Translations under genes and position numbers: made by a program
NCBI RefSeq assembly: GCF_964213995.1
Contig: NC_135804.1
Location: forward strand, 54,064,001-54,128,000
Reading direction: 5' to 3'
DNA: 64,000 nt
Source: Mustelus asterias
Taxonomy: Eukaryota
The notes under the pieces: model-generated
Told to the model about the DNA's origin: nothing
Databases searched by the model: none
The model's input: only the letters and a program-made list of their open reading frames with translations
Part shown: positions 1 to 13,879 of the stretch, piece by piece
Numbering within the stretch: position 1 is the stretch's first letter
Layout of the letters: each line of letters opens with the position of its first letter

Positions 1-2940
1 CCCCTCGTCCTAAGTTTTCCAACCAGGGGAAATGGCCTCTCAGGATTTACACTATCGAGCCTTCTCAGATCCTTACACGTTTGAATGAGATCACCTCTCA
101 TTCTTCTCTGCTCCAGAGAATGCAGGCGCATTCCACTGAAACTCTAATAAACCTTCGTTTCACCCCTTCTAAGTCAAAAATTCCTTTCTTAAGCATGGGG
201 ACCAAAATTGTACACAATATCCCACGCATGGCCTCATTAGAAACCCTGTACAACTGCAGCCAGAATTCCCACTTTACTACTCTGAACCCCTTGCAATAAA
301 GACCAGTTATCATTTACTTTGTCAATTAGTTGCTGTGCCTACGTGTTAACTTTTCTGTGTTTCATGTACAAGGACATCTGAATCCCTCTAAACACCGACA
401 TTTAATGGCATGCCGTCATTTTAAAAATATTCTTCTATTACCAAGTAAATAATCTCACATTTCTCCATATCATGCTCCATCAACCACCATGTTGCCTCCT
501 CACTTAACCTATCTATATCCCTTCACAGACTCTGTCCTCCTCACATCACTATCCTATCCAGCTTTGTATTGTCAGCAAACTTGAATACATTACACTCCAT
601 CCTTTTATCTAAGTTGTCAGTGTAGATTCTAAACAGATGAGACATCAGCACTGATCCTTGCCGTACCCAGTAGTTCCCTCTTGTAAAACCATGTCGACCT
701 TGATCATATTATGATTCTCTAAGTGCAAGACTTTCTTAATAATACATTCAAGCATTTTCCTGATGGCTGATGTCAGGCTAACTGGTCTGTGGTTACCTGT
801 TTTCTCTCTCCCTCTTTTCTCGAATAGCAGCGTGACATATGCTAACTTATGACCGACTGGGACAAATCTAGAATCTCGGGAATTTTGGAAAATCATAACC
901 AGCGCATCCATTATCTCCTCAGCTACCTCTTAGAACCATGGATGTCAATCATTAGGTCCTGAGGATATGTTGGATTTTAATCCCTTATGTTTCTTCAATA
1001 TTTTGTCTCTGCTAATATCAATTGTTTTAAGTTCTCACTCGTATTAGTCCCTTGGTTCTCCTCTATTTTTAATCTGTAATTTATGCTTTCTACAATGACA
1101 ACGGACACTTATTTGTTTAATGTTTCTGCTGATTCCTCATTACACATGATAAATATCTCTTACCTCTGCCTCTAAGGGACCACCATTTACTTTAACTACT
1201 TTCTTCCTTTTTATAGACATGTAACAGCTCTTGCAATCTGTTTTTTGTATTGCTGGCTAGTTTATTCTCATTCTATGGTTTCTCTTTATAATCAACTTTT
1301 TGATAATTGTTTGGTGGTTTCTAAAACACTTCCAATCAGCTTACTACTATTCTCTGCAATATTAGAAGTTATAAGGCCCTTATTTTCATCTAATATTATC
1401 CTTAGTTTTCTTAGAAGCCATGGATGATCTTAATGGAATGTACAAAAAGAACAACAAAGAACAAAGAAAATTCCAGCACAGGAACAGGCCCTTCAGCCCT
1501 CCAAGCCTGCACCGACCATGCTGCCCGACTTAACTAAAACCCTCTACCCTTCTGGGGACCATATCCCTCTATTCCCATCCTATTCATGTACTTGTCAAGA
1601 CCCCCCTTAAAGGTCATTACCATATCTGCTTCCACTACCTCCCCCGGCAACGGGTTCCAGGCACCCACCACTCTGTGTAAAAAATCTGCTTCGTACATCT
1701 CTTTTAAACCTTGCCCCTCGCACCTTAAACCTATGCCCCCTAGTAATTGACTCTTCCACCCTGGAAAAAAGCTTCTGACTATCCACTCTATCCATGCCTC
1801 TCATAATCCTGTACACTTCTTTCAGCTCTCCCCTCAACCTCCGTCGCTCCAGTGAGAACAAACAAAGTTTCTCCAACCTCTCCTCATAGCTAATGCCCTC
1901 CATACCAGGCAACATCCTGGTAAATCTTTTTTGTACCCTCTCCAAAGCTTCCAAATCCTTCTGGTAGTGTGGCGATCAGAATTGAACACTATATTCCAAG
2001 TGCGGCTTAACTAAGGTTCTATAAAGCTGCAGCATGACTTGCCAATTTTTAAACCCTGGATGATGAAGGCAAGCATGCTGTTTGCCTTCTTAACTACCTT
2101 CTCTACCTGCATTGCTACTTTCAGTGGCCTGCACACCCAGATCCCTTTGCGTATCAATACTCTTAAGGGTTCTGCCATTTACTGTCTATTTCCTACTTGT
2201 ATTAGACCTTCCAAATGCATTACCTCACATTTATCCGGATTAAACTCCATCTGCTATCTCTCCGCCCAAGTCTCCAACTGACCTATATTCTGCTGTATCC
2301 TCGGATGGTTCTCATCACTATTCGCAAATCCACCATCCTTTGTGTCATCCGCAAACTTACTGATCAATCCAGTTACATTTTCCTCCAAATCATTTATATA
2401 TATTACAAACAGTCGGGGTTTTTTGTTTTGAATTGTTTTCCTGTTTATTCATCATCACACATTTTTTTCCATTTTCTCCAGCAACCTTTAACTTGTTCTT
2501 CTCTCATACCTATGTAATTGGCTTTGATTAAGTTAAGATTTTTGTTTAGAACTGGAGGATCTCACTTTCAAACTCGAGGTGGAATTCTAATCACCTTTTG
2601 TTGTGATTGCTAATTAAACCTGCCGCATTGGACAATACTCAACAAATAGCTCTATCCCGACTTGGTTCCACAATGTATTGTCCCAGGAAACTGTTGGAAA
2701 AACATTCCACAAACTCATCTTGCAGACCATGTTTGTCCATTTGATTGGTCCAGTTTAGATGGAGATTAAAGTCGCCCATGATTACTGCATTGCCTTCGTT
2801 ACAAACTCCAACTATTTCTTGCATAATGTCCATACAACACTATAGTTACTGTGAGGGAGCTTATAAGTCACCAGTGTTATCTGACCCTTATTATTCCTAA
2901 TCACCATACTGATTCTACTTCCTGATCTGAGCCAATATCC
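1..2940 (-). mobile_element. Old degenerate CR1-type LINE (ORF2 remnants), interrupted by a younger CR1 at about 1445-2411
   Basis: Minus-strand fragments: RT-flanking motif TGNHRPVSLTS (645-911), endonuclease motif AVIMGDFNLH (2639-2833), CR1 C-terminal-like text (98-313); many stops and frameshifts. Confidence 0.8.
1445..2411 (-). mobile_element. 5'-truncated CR1 LINE 3' end nested in the older CR1
   Basis: ORF 1607-1954 ALERVQKRFTRMLPGMEGISYEERLEKL...TRGH is the CR1 ORF2 C-terminus; aaagaac-type tandem tail at about 1445-1470. Confidence 0.9.
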
Positions 2941-3955
2941 TTTCTCAGTACAAACAAAATGCAGATTATAAGCAGAGTGATTTGATTAGAGTTTGATGGC
3001 GAGGAGGTTATTTTTTCCCTCTTTTTCTTTGTTGCAGCAGAAAGAGCTGTTTTTGGTGACTAACTGGTAAGTCAATGAGGAATTAAACATATGACACTTA
3101 ATTGCAAGTAGTATTAGCATTTGATGAGCACAGTATATTGTAGTATACATAGCAATTATTCTAAATGAAGTAAGCAAATCACTAAATCAACTAAATAACC
3201 TAAGTAACAATGGCAGGACAGGTGTGTTGCAGCTGTGGAATGTGGGTATTCCTGGATGCCAATTCTGTACAGACATGTGTGCAGAAAGTATAAGCAGCTA
3301 GAGGAATTTCAGATCAGGATTACTGATCTGTAAGCCGAAATACAGACATCAGAGAGGGGGAGAAATACCTGGACTCTTTTTACTAGAAGACAGTCAGACC
3401 TCTTAGAATATGGTGGATTCTTATGGTCGGTGGTGAGGGGCGAGAGGGTGTGACCGTTAATGAAGCAGGCAAAGGGACTGAGCAGAAAGTAGTGGAGGAG
3501 TCTCCAACATTGCAATTGTCAAAGAAGTTTGAGGTGCTCGCAACCTGTGTGGATGAAAGCGAGGTCTGCAGGGTGAAGGATCAGAGTGACCATGGCACCA
3601 AGGTACAGGAAACAATTCAAGCGGGGGAGCAAACAGGAATGTAAAGGTAGCAGGAGATAGTATAGTTAGGGAGATTGACACTTCTCTACAGCCAAGAGTG
3701 AGAATCCAGAAGGCTATGTTGCCTGCCCAGTGCCAGGGTTCAGGATATCTGTTCATGGCTGGAGAGGAACTTGCAGTGAGAGAAGGAGGATCCATGTAGG
3801 TACCAACATCATAGGTAAAACTAGGTAAGAGATTCTGCATAGACAGTATGAGGAGCTAGGTACTAAATTAAAAAACAGAATCTCAAAGGAAATAATCTCT
3901 GGATTAAAGCTGAACCATGTACACATTTGCATAGGGTACATAAAATTAGATGAAT

Positions 3956-4138
3956 ACAAGCAAATTACTGTAGATGCTGGAATCTGAAACCAAAAGAGAA
4001 AATACTGGAAAATCTCAGCAGGTCTGGCAGCAGCTGTAAGGAGAGAAAAGAGCTGATGTTTCATGTCCAGACAACCCTTTGTCAAAGCTAAAAGGCATAG
4101 AAAGTGGGAGATATTTATACTGCAGGGTGAGGGAATGA
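3956..4138 (+). mobile_element. Short retro-insertion (common elasmobranch repeat, probably a Penelope-derived end) inside the CR1
   Basis: Flanked by 14-bp direct repeat aaaattagatgaat (3942-3955 and 4139-4152); core gatgctggaatctgaaa...aaatctcagcaggtctggcagc recurs near 10450, 17190, 17430(-), 19320, 38870 and 49740. Confidence 0.7.
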
Positions 4139-4531
4139 AAAATTAGATGAATGCATGGCTCAAAGACTGGTGTGGGAGAAGTGGGTTCTAGTTCATGAGG
4201 ACTGGCACCAGTACTAGGAAAATTTGCACTTGAACCGTGCTGGCATCAGTGTTCTAGTAAACTGAGTAAACAGGGAAATAGAGAGGTTTTTAAACTAAAT
4301 AGTGGGGCCTAGGATGAAATTTGGGAAGCTGTGTAAATCAAAGAGTAAACACACGTAAGGGAGAAAGATATTAATATGGAAAATTATATAAACAGACTGC
4401 GACAGGAAGGGACAAGAATAAATCAGCAGAAAAGGCTAGCAGTTACAAAAATAATGAAAGAGCAAAACTGAAGACTCTGTATCTGACTGTCCATAGCATT
4501 CAAAGAAAAACAGATGAACCGATAGTACAAA

Positions 4532-4881
4532 TCATAGAATCATAGAAATCCTACAGTGCAGAAGGAGGCCATTCGGCCCATCGAGTCTGCACCGACCACA
4601 ATCCCACCCAGGCCCTACCCCCACATATTTTACCCACTAATCCCTCTAACCTACGCATCCCAGGACTCTAAGGGGCAATTTTTTTTTTTTTAACCTGGCC
4701 AATCAACCTAACCCGCACATCTTTGGACTGTGGGAGGAAACCGGAGCACCCGGAGGAAACCCACGCAGACACGAGGAGAATGTGCAAACTCCGCACAGAC
4801 AGTGACCCGAGCCGGGAATCGAACCCGGGACCCTGGAGCTGTGAAGCAGCAGTGCTAACCACTGTGCTACCGTGCCGCCCC
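4532..4881 (-). mobile_element. HE1/V-SINE-type tRNA-derived SINE
   Basis: tRNA-like head (ggcggcacggtagcacagtggttagcac...gggttcgattccc), V-core (gtctgcgtgggtttcctccgggtgctccggtttcctcccac), CR1-like tail with ttctatga repeats. Confidence 0.92.
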
Positions 4882-7739
4882 ACACAGAAATAAAAATTAT
4901 CTTATGGCCATTACAGAGTCATGGCTGCAGGATGACATAGAATGGCATAGGACAGGAAGTTAGAAAATGGTGGGGCGGGGGGGGGGGGTGGCTCTGTTAA
5001 TTAATGATGGTATTAACACAATAAAGAGGGATGAACTAAGTTAAGGAAACTAGGATGTAGGATCACTTTGTGCAGAGAAGAGAAATGATAAAGGCAAGAA
5101 GTCACTTATGGGAGTGATGTACAGGAATCCTAATAGTAACGATATGGTAGGATAGGTATCAAGGAAGAAATTCTAGGAGTTTGTCCGAAAGGTATGGTGA
5201 CAATCATGGGGGATTTTAATCTACATCTAGACTGAAAGGTCGCCCATATGAAGAATTCATAGAATGTTTTCAGATAGTTTCTTAGAACAGCACATTTTGA
5301 TGTCAACCAGAGAGCAGGCTATACCCTACCTGGTATTGTGCAACAATGCACCCCTAGATAACAGCAACTATAATATGATTGAATTTTACAGACTAGTATT
5401 TTAGACTTAAAGAAGGGTAATTACAAGGGCATGAAAGCAGAACTAGCTAAATTGAACTGGCAAATTAGGTTAAGGGATTGGTCAATAGAAATGCATTAGC
5501 AGACATTTAAGGGGATATTTCAGAATACACAAAATAGATACATTCCAATGAGAAAGAAACATTCCAAACAGAGGATTCACCATCCATGGTTAACTAAAAA
5601 TGTCAAAGATAGTATCAAACATAAAGAAAAAGCATGTAGTTGCGCAAAGATGGGTAACAGGATAGAAGATTGTATAGAATATAAAAATCAGCAGCAAGTG
5701 ACTAGAAGATTGATATAGAGGGAAAAAATACAGTATTAGAGAAAGCTAGAAATATAAAGACAAAGTTTCTCTAGATATTAAACAAAGGAGTTAACAAACT
5801 TAGGGAATTAAAAATGGAAAATGAGATGGCAGATGAAATATTGCATCGGTCTTTACTATGCAGGATACAAGTAATATCCCAGAAATAGCTGCAAATCAAG
5901 AAATGGAAGGGAGGGAGAAACTCGAGAAAATTACAATCACCAAGAAAGTGGTTTAAGCAAATAGTTGGAGTTGCGGGCTGACAAATCCCTGACTCCTGTT
6001 GGACTTCATCCTGGATTCTTAGAAGAAGTGGCTAATGAGATAGTTGATGTATTGGTTTCAATGTTCCAAAATTCCCTAGATTCAGGGAAGGTTCCATTAG
6101 ATTGGAAAATAGGGAATGTAACTCCTTTATTCAAAAAGGGAGACAGAAGGCAAGAAACTATAGGCCAGTTAGCTTAACAACTATCCTAAGGAAGATGTTG
6201 GAAACGATTAAAAAATACATTATTGCAGAGAACTTAGGAAGAGTCAACATGGTTTTGTAAGAGGAAAATCACATTTAACCCATTTATTGGAATTCTTTGA
6301 AGAAGTAACATGTGCTATGGAACCGGTGGATGTACTGTTCTTAGATTTCTAGAGGGCATTTGATAAGGTGTCACATCAAAAATTATTGCAGAAAATGAAA
6401 GCTTGTGTAGAAGTACGCATAATTTTTTTCTGGTTGGCAGGATGGGAAAGGTGTGCCACAGGGATCAGTGCTCGGGCCTCAACTTTTTACAATTTATATA
6501 AATGACTGATGAAGATACTGAAGGTGTGGTTGCTAACTTTGCAGATGACACACAGATAAGTAGGAAAGTAAGTTGTGAAGAGGACATGAAGTTACAAAGA
6601 GACATGGGTAGGTTAAGTGAATGAGCAAAGATCTAGCAAATGGAATATAATGTGGGAAAATGTGAAATTGTCCATTTTGACAGGAAAAATGAGAAACAAA
6701 GCATATTGTCTAAATTATGAGAGATTGCAGGGCTCTGAGATGCAGAGAGATCTGGATGTCCTAGTGCAAAAATCACAAAAGATTAGTATGCAGGTACAGC
6801 AAGTAATGAAGAAAGCTAATGGAGTATTTTTGTTAACTGCAAGAAAGTTATTATGAGGATCCCCCTTTCCCCGGGAACTGTGCGCTTTCTCCTCATTGGC
6901 TGCGGTTGATGCGCTTCCATGCAATAGGCCCCAGGTGGGCCACGTGACCCATGAACAATCACCCGTTATAGGGGCTACGCTATCATACATGTATTATGTA
7001 CCGTTCTATCCAGAGCTGCTCCTCCCTTTCCAATCTTTTTTTGGAATGTCATGCACTTTGGAATATTTATTTTCCAACCGTAGTCACCTTTGAACCTGTT
7101 TCCGTAATGGCAATCAGATCTAAACGTATTTGTCTCTATTTGTGCGACTTGGCAGTTAATCTATCTCATTCAAAATGCTTTGTTCATTTTGATAAGGAGC
7201 CTTTTTTAAACTAATATTATTTTCAAGGTCCTTATTCAGTGATGCATTAGTACCATTAAACTCGCTGTCCCACTCTGTACAAAACAAGCAAAATATACAA
7301 AATTTATATTGTTACGCTGTCTGACTGCCTTGACTTACTTCACCTGATTCCTCTCCATCCTCTTTCAATATAAAACCTATTCTCAGCCCCAGTTATTCAA
7401 TTTGCCAGGACAGTGATCCCAGCCTGGTTTAATTGGAGCCCATCCCAAAGGAACAGCTACTTCTTTCATGAGCACTGATGCCAGTGATCCATGAATTTTC
7501 TAGTCTGCATCACTTTATGCCAAGAAAACTGTTCACTTAGTATCATACCTATTAATCTAATTTCTACATCGACTTTCAGAGATCCAAGAGTGGGATGGGA
7601 TGGGGATGTTTTGGGGTGAAGTGGATGGCATTGGAGGTGTGGATAAATAATGGAATTGGTTATGTGTGGTAAATTGGGCAGGACAATCATTTGACACAAC
7701 CTATTATTCAAAAGCTATTTGTGTGAAAAAATGGAGGTT

Positions 7740-8280
7740 CACAGCATTTGAATGAAAAGTTTTATAAAGCTATCAGGTCAATTAAATGAATACCAGTGTT
7801 GATTGACAAAGAAGATGATAGTCTGTACTCTCCAGAGTTCCCAAACAGTCTAACTCCAATGGGCATGCCACCACACAAACACAAAGTCAAGGAAGGAGCA
7901 GTTGAAATGTTGCTGTGAAACTTGAATCCGAAACGACTTTCGTCTGGAATAAGATGGTAACAATATTTTTGATGATAGGTGCTGAAATTACAACAGGAGG
8001 ATTTCAAGGAAATAAATTGTTAATTCCTCAAATAACATTGAGCCCTTCAGATATGAAACTGCCTTTTCCACCCAGGAGGTAGCAATTCACAATTAGACTT
8101 TCATAAAAGGTCACAAGGCTAGACTCTTGACAAAATATGTATTTACAGGTCTCAGAATTATTTTTACATATAAACAGCTTTAAGTAGTTTTTATTTCCCA
8201 GAGAAATCTTGATCCTGTTAAAGTCTTCAGTGAAAAATTGTTGGAAACTGTATTTAAAGAAGCATTGTTGCAATAAAGAT
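7740..8280 (+). mobile_element. Helitron RepHel PIF1-type helicase remnant (pseudogenised)
   Basis: Manual translation: YSPEFPNSLTPMGMPPHKHKVKEGAVEMLL*NLNPK (from 7826), LIPQITLSPSDMKLPF..RR*QFTIRL (about 8020-8100), SQG*TLDKICIY (about 8110-8145); these match Helitron helicase C-terminal motifs. Confidence 0.85.
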
Positions 8281-9271
8281 ATCAATTTGACCATAAATGT
8301 TTTGTGAGCTCTGCGAGTTTCCTCTTATTTCTTGATTAATATTCTGTCTGACAGTATAGCTACTGTCAGGGAGCTTATAAATTACTCCCACTGTGTTTTA
8401 TGATCCTTGTTATTTCTTATCCCTATCTTTACCAATTCTGTTTTGCACGCTTCCAAGACAAGTTTCTTCTTCATTACATACCTGAAATCATACTTTAATA
8501 TCAGACCTTGTCCATTATTGCCTGTTTTTTTTTTAACATTTCCCTGGAATATTCCTAACCTGGGTCACTATGCAATCATGTCTCTGTGATGGCTATAAAT
8601 CATACACATTCATGTCAAATTGTCTCATTAATTTATCAATATTGTTACAATGCTTTATGCATTCAGATAGAGTGCCTTTAATTTTATAATTTTCCCTGAT
8701 TTGACCTTATTCACTGGTGCACCATTGCGAATAAATTTTTATGTTCCTTCCTGAAACTGTTTATCTTTACTCAGATCACTGTGGTACTCTGCTCTGTGGT
8801 CTTGAATTTAGGCTTTAGATTTATACATTTCCCCTCTGTTGAACTCTCTCCATATCTTTTAGTTTAGTTCAAAGACCCATCTACAGCCCTGCTTATAGAG
8901 TTTGCCAAGACAATAGCTCCTAGCCCAGTTTAATTGGACACATCCCAAAGGAACAACAACCTCTTTTCCCAAGACTGGTGTCAGTGCCATGAATTAAAAC
9001 TCCTGCTGCCCACACCACTCTTTTGGCCACATACTCAACTTTCTAATCAGTTTGACCTTCTGCTAATTTGTGCATGCCTCAGGTAGAAGTTCAGAGTTTT
9101 AACCTTGGAGGTCCTGCGTATTAATGTGAAACTTGGATCTTCAAAGTCATTGAATCATAGAACAGACATGGCATGGAAAAAGGCCACTTGGTCCATCGTG
9201 TCTGTACTGGCTGAGAAATGAGCACCCAGCCTAATCTCACTTGCCAGTATTTGGAACATAACCCTGCAGGT

Positions 9272-10024
9272 TATAGAGTCATAGAGGTTTACAGCATGGA
9301 TACAGGCCTTTCGGCCCAACTTGTCCATGCCGCCCTTTTTTTTACCACTAAGTTAGTCCCAATTGCCTGCATTTGGCTCATATCCCTTTATGCCCATCTT
9401 ATCCGTGTAAATGTCTAAATGCTTTTTAAAAGACAAAATTGTACCCACCTCTACTACTGCCTCTGGCAGCTCATTCCAGACACTCACCTCCCTCTGTGTA
9501 AAAAAATTGACCTTCTGGACCCTTTTGTATCTCTCTCCTCTCACCTTAAACTTATGCCCTCTAGTTTTAGATTCCCCTACCTTTGGGAAAAGATGTTGAC
9601 TATCTACCTTATCTATGCCCTTCATTATTTTATAGACCTCTATAAGATCACCCCTCAGCCTCCTATGCTCCATGGAAAAACGTCCCAGTCTGTCCAGCCT
9701 CTCCTTATAACTCAAACCATCAAGTCCCTGTAGTATCCAAGTAAATCTTTTCTGCATTCTTTCCAGTTTAATAGTATCCTTTCTATAATAGGGTGACCAG
9801 AACTGTACACAGTATTCCAAGTGTGGCCTTACCAATGTTTTGTACAACTTCAACAAGACATCCCAACTCCTGTATTCAATGTTCTGACCAATGAAATCAA
9901 GCATGCTTCACCACTCTGTCCACCTGTGACTCCACTTTCAAGGAGCTATGAACCTGTACCCTTAGATCTTTTTGTTCCGTAACTCTCCCAACGCCCTACC
10001 ATTAACTGAGTAAGTCCTACCCTG
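9272..10024 (-). mobile_element. 5'-truncated CR1 LINE 3' end
   Basis: ORF 9353-9904 [20 protein letters not shown]...RGDLIEVYK; tail atagagtcatagag. Confidence 0.92.
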
Positions 10025-11019
10025 GTCAGGGGTGGGACTGTGTAACTGAGTAAACAGATAAGGGGATGGTGAAGGAGCACTCGAGGTGCATACCCAGATA
10101 CATTTTAAACGAGTTGCTCAGAAGATCCTGATTCTAGGTTCTATGTGTGCCATTGGATCCCACGCGGATCATAACAATTGGATTCCAACAACCCCCCCCC
10201 CCCCCCCCCCCCGCCTCCATGCCAGTGTCTTCTCCAGCTGTGAGGAGGTGACTTTAACCCTCCTGGTTCCATTTGCAGAGAACAGTATCTATTTTTCTGG
10301 CTACACTGCCCCCTCCTATATTCCTTCTCTTGCTCCCCAATGGAATTGTCCCCAGTACTATGGTATCTTGGCATGTTTGTTCATCCTTCCCTGCAGACTG
10401 TACTCTTTGCCCAAGCATCATGAACCTTTTACCTACACAAATTCAAAATACTGCAGATGCCAGAAATCTGAATAAAAATAGAAAATGCTGGAAATAATCA
10501 GCATCTACGCAAACAAATAAAGTTAACGTTTCAGGTCCATGGCCTTTCATCAGAGCCTTGTTGAATAAAGAAAAAGGGCAGAGCTCCTCTACCACTGCAA
10601 ATGGGATCCCCTTATCTGTTTATTCAGTCATACAGTCCCACTCCTGACCACTAACCAGACTTCAGCTACTTCCTAACCTAAAGGATGCGACTGCTTCCTG
10701 GATCAAAGTGTTCACATAAGTGTCCACATAACTTGCTCTGATGCTTCACAATGTCTGCAGCTCAGACTCCAGCTCAAAAACTCTAAGATGAAGTTCCTTC
10801 AGTTACAAACGCTAACCACAGATTGGTTATCCAGGATTTCTATTCTCTTAGCAAACTCTCATGTTCTGCAGTTGCAGCATAGTACCTGCCTTATATAAAC
10901 TTTGGTTTATTTATTTATTAATTAGTCCATATATTTAATCAACAGAGTCTGTAGTCTTTTAACAAAGTACTCAATCTACCTTAAGTAATAGCCAGATTTT
11001 CTTGTTAAACATTAATGAT

Positions 11020-11790
11020 CTTGATTTGGAAGTACAATGTAAAATTTTGAAATTTGCAGATGGCAGAAATCTTGGAATTATGAACTGTGAGGAGGATAGT
11101 GACAGAATTCAAAAGGTCATGGACAGGCAGGCAAGTGGCAAATGAAAGTGAATGCAGAGAATTGTGAAGTGATATGCTTTAGGAGGAAGAACAAGGGGAG
11201 ACATTATAAAATAAATCCTACAATTCTGAAGGTGGGAACTGCAACAGAGAGAGACCCAAGGAGTATATTTAAAAATAGAAGCAAAGAGTACAAAAGTAAA
11301 GAAGCTCTGATGAAACTTTATAAAACACTTATGGAGATACAACTGGAGTATTGCACCCAACTCTGTGCAGCAAACTTTAAAGGCAATATGAAGACTTTAA
11401 GAAAGGGAATAGAAAAGGTTAAGAGAATGAGGGACACCAGTTATGTGGATAGATTGGAGAAGCCGGGGTTGTTCTCCTTAAAGAAAGGGTTGAGCAGAGT
11501 TGTTCAAAATTATGAGAAATCTGGGCAAATCAGAAACTATTCCTAATGTTGGAAGAGTCAAGAAGCCGGGGTCACCAACCTCAGATAAATGGCAAAAGGA
11601 TCGACACCGACATGAGGAAAAAATGTTTGATGCAGTGAGTGTTTAGGGTCTGGAATGCACTGCCTGAGAGAGTGGCAGAGGCAGATTCAGTCATGGCTTT
11701 CAAAAGGAAATTTGCTATTAATCTGAAAAGATTACTGGGCTACAGGGAAAAGTTTGGATGACTGGGACTATCTGGATTGCTCCTGTTCTT
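11020..11790 (+). mobile_element. Degenerate CR1 LINE 3' fragment
   Basis: KFAD-like motif near 11050; ORF 11142-11546 KLYKTLMEIQLEYC...SYVDRLEKPGLFSL. Confidence 0.8.
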
Positions 11791-11989
11791 GGGTGCCATT
11801 AACATCACGGATCATTAGATTCAGATTCTGTTCAGCTGAGCCCCTCTGACCCAGTGGTATCAAGTTATGCATCTTATTTTGAGCTGCCTGTGAGAACTTC
11901 CATTGAAGACACTGCCAGCAACAGCTCAACACTTAACTGCCAATGACAGAAGGGCACCTGCTCAGAGGTTTCACTGTCACTATTCAGTG

Positions 11990-12742
11990 TGTTAAGACCC
12001 AGGCCAAAAACTTGAAGGTGTTTTAGACCTTAAGGTTTTACATTTGAATTTGGCACGGGTGAGCATAAGATTTTTCACTGCAGGCATGATTCAAGTGACC
12101 CACTAGGAAACAAAGTTTATTTAAGAACACAGTTAACATATAATAAGATAAATCAGCATAACTTTTACCAATCACAAGAAACAACCATGATATAGTATAA
12201 ACCTTAACAGCTAGCTATCTATGATGTTCCAAGTCAAACAACATCCCACAAACATACAACCCCTTCTAGACTTGTCACAAAAAGCAAGAATGCTCATGTG
12301 ATGCTGGATTTTGCAGCTTTTTAACACCTGCTGTGAATTGTCCTTTCAATGTTGGACTAAAACTCTGAGGCTTCCCTGTCCTGGAACTTCCAGCACACCT
12401 CTGGAGAGAGAGAGAGGGAGAAAGAAACACTGCTTTTTATCGCAAATCCAAACAGCATCTGAGAAAAATGAAACTAAAACCTTGGACTTTACTGTGGAAA
12501 CAAATTGTCCCCAGACATCACCTGACCTGTCAATCATGATCCACTGAGCAAAGGATCAGAAAACCCCATGACACTGCATTAGTTCAGATTAAAAATAAAC
12601 ATGATGTTCATTATATTGCTTCAGTAACAATTAGAGATACTGGCTGCAAACAAAATGGTGCCAAAACAAAACGCTAGGAGCTGCTTGAAAAAACTGCAGA
12701 GAAAAATTAAAATACATTTCTTAAAGGCACAGTATTGTCACA
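11990..12742. mobile_element. Solo LTR (about 753 bp, Gypsy-type by its 4-bp TSD)
   Basis: Begins TGTT, ends TCACA, flanked by direct repeat AGTG (11986-11989 and 12743-12746); no credible coding sequence. Confidence 0.7.
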
Positions 12743-13402
12743 AGTGCCATTAATAAAAAGAGACTCATTCACCCGGTTTCATGTATCAATTTTTACATGG
12801 TTCTCCAAAAGAAAAAAAGTGGATATCTATAAATGATAAAAACTTCAATGACCCCTCAGTTCTCTGTCCAATGTGATGGCATCCACTCTTGTTCATTTCT
12901 ACACCGTGCTGCACATGTAACCTTGGAAATAACTTGTCTTTTCCTGCAGCTGAGATGCATGGGGTTGTCATCTTTGTTGTGCAGATGCCAGTGGGGGCAC
13001 CTCCAGAGGCTACTGCACTGGTGTTGTTGCCTTTGCTACTGAGCCTTGCTGCACTAATGCAGTCAGAAGGCCCAAGGAGACTGATAACAATGACAATGAT
13101 GCCCTGGGGACAGTGGCTCTCTATAAGGTTGGCCACTCACTTCATGGAAGTGGCTGTGTTGTGTTTAAATCAGGCCCATTCTTTGCTACTCTACCTCCAT
13201 TCCTGTCCCCAAGGGCACCAAGTAGTCACTAAACCTGCCCTCCAGCCAATTATCAGGCTGCACCCATGTATACTTCAGTGACCCAGTGGGGGTTTGTGGG
13301 GGATTGACAGTGGGTGTGTGGAGCTGTGGCTGGTTTCCCCAAGGGTGGGTTCCAGACCCTGAAACCGTCTCAGCATCTGTTTGCTGCTCTAGGTGGGAAA
13401 AT

Positions 13403-13755
13403 AATAGAATCACAGAATCCCTACAGTGCAGAAGGAGGCCATTTGGCCCATCTATTCAGCAAGTACCCTCCGGCAGATCATCTTACCCAAGCCCTATCCC
13501 TATAAACCATGTATATACCCCACTAATCCCCCTAATCTTTATATTTTGGGACATTAAGGGGCAATTTAGCATGGCCAATCCACTTAATCTGCACATCTTT
13601 GGATTGTGGGAAGCAACCAGAGCACCCAGAGGAAACCTACGCAGACACGGGGAGACTGTGCAAACTCCACAGAGACAGTGACGCAAGGCTGGAAATTGAA
13701 GCTGGGTCTCTGTCGCTGTGAGGGGGCAGTGCTAACCAGTGCCACTATGCTGCCC
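13403..13755 (-). mobile_element. HE1/V-SINE-type SINE (diverged)
   Basis: Similar to 4532-4881 in head, V-core and tail. Confidence 0.85.
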
Positions 13756-13879
13756 ATGTGTCATTGTGCCACACACCCATTGTGACAATGTATTGCCAAG
13801 GAAAAATCCTGCTCCAACTCCAACCTTTGTCATCTGAAATCCCTGTTGCTTCATCACTCACTCAGCAATAACCTGCTCA

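Larger units (their letters stand above)
3200..6855 (+). mobile_element. Nearly full-length but decayed CR1 LINE (ORF1 esterase-like, ORF2 endonuclease and RT)
   Basis: GDSIVREID-like ORF1 motif near 3650; IMGDFNL near 5205; DKSLTPVGLHP...VTPLFKKG at 5965-6177; VPQGSVLGP and FADDT near 6450-6550. Confidence 0.8.

Noticed and set aside
4810-4881. tRNA-like sequences at SINE heads (also near 36745, 49008, 55963)
   Set aside because: A/B-box-like heads run straight into the V-core; these are SINEs, not tRNA genes
10192-10212. Long C/G homopolymers (also near 22857-22878, 30030-30052, 31660, 47766)
   Set aside because: Simple low-complexity tracts of unreliable length; no supportable function
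12786-13413. Overlapping 70-130 aa ORFs with hydrophobic stretches
   Set aside because: No motif or consistent exon boundaries found; cannot be supported as coding
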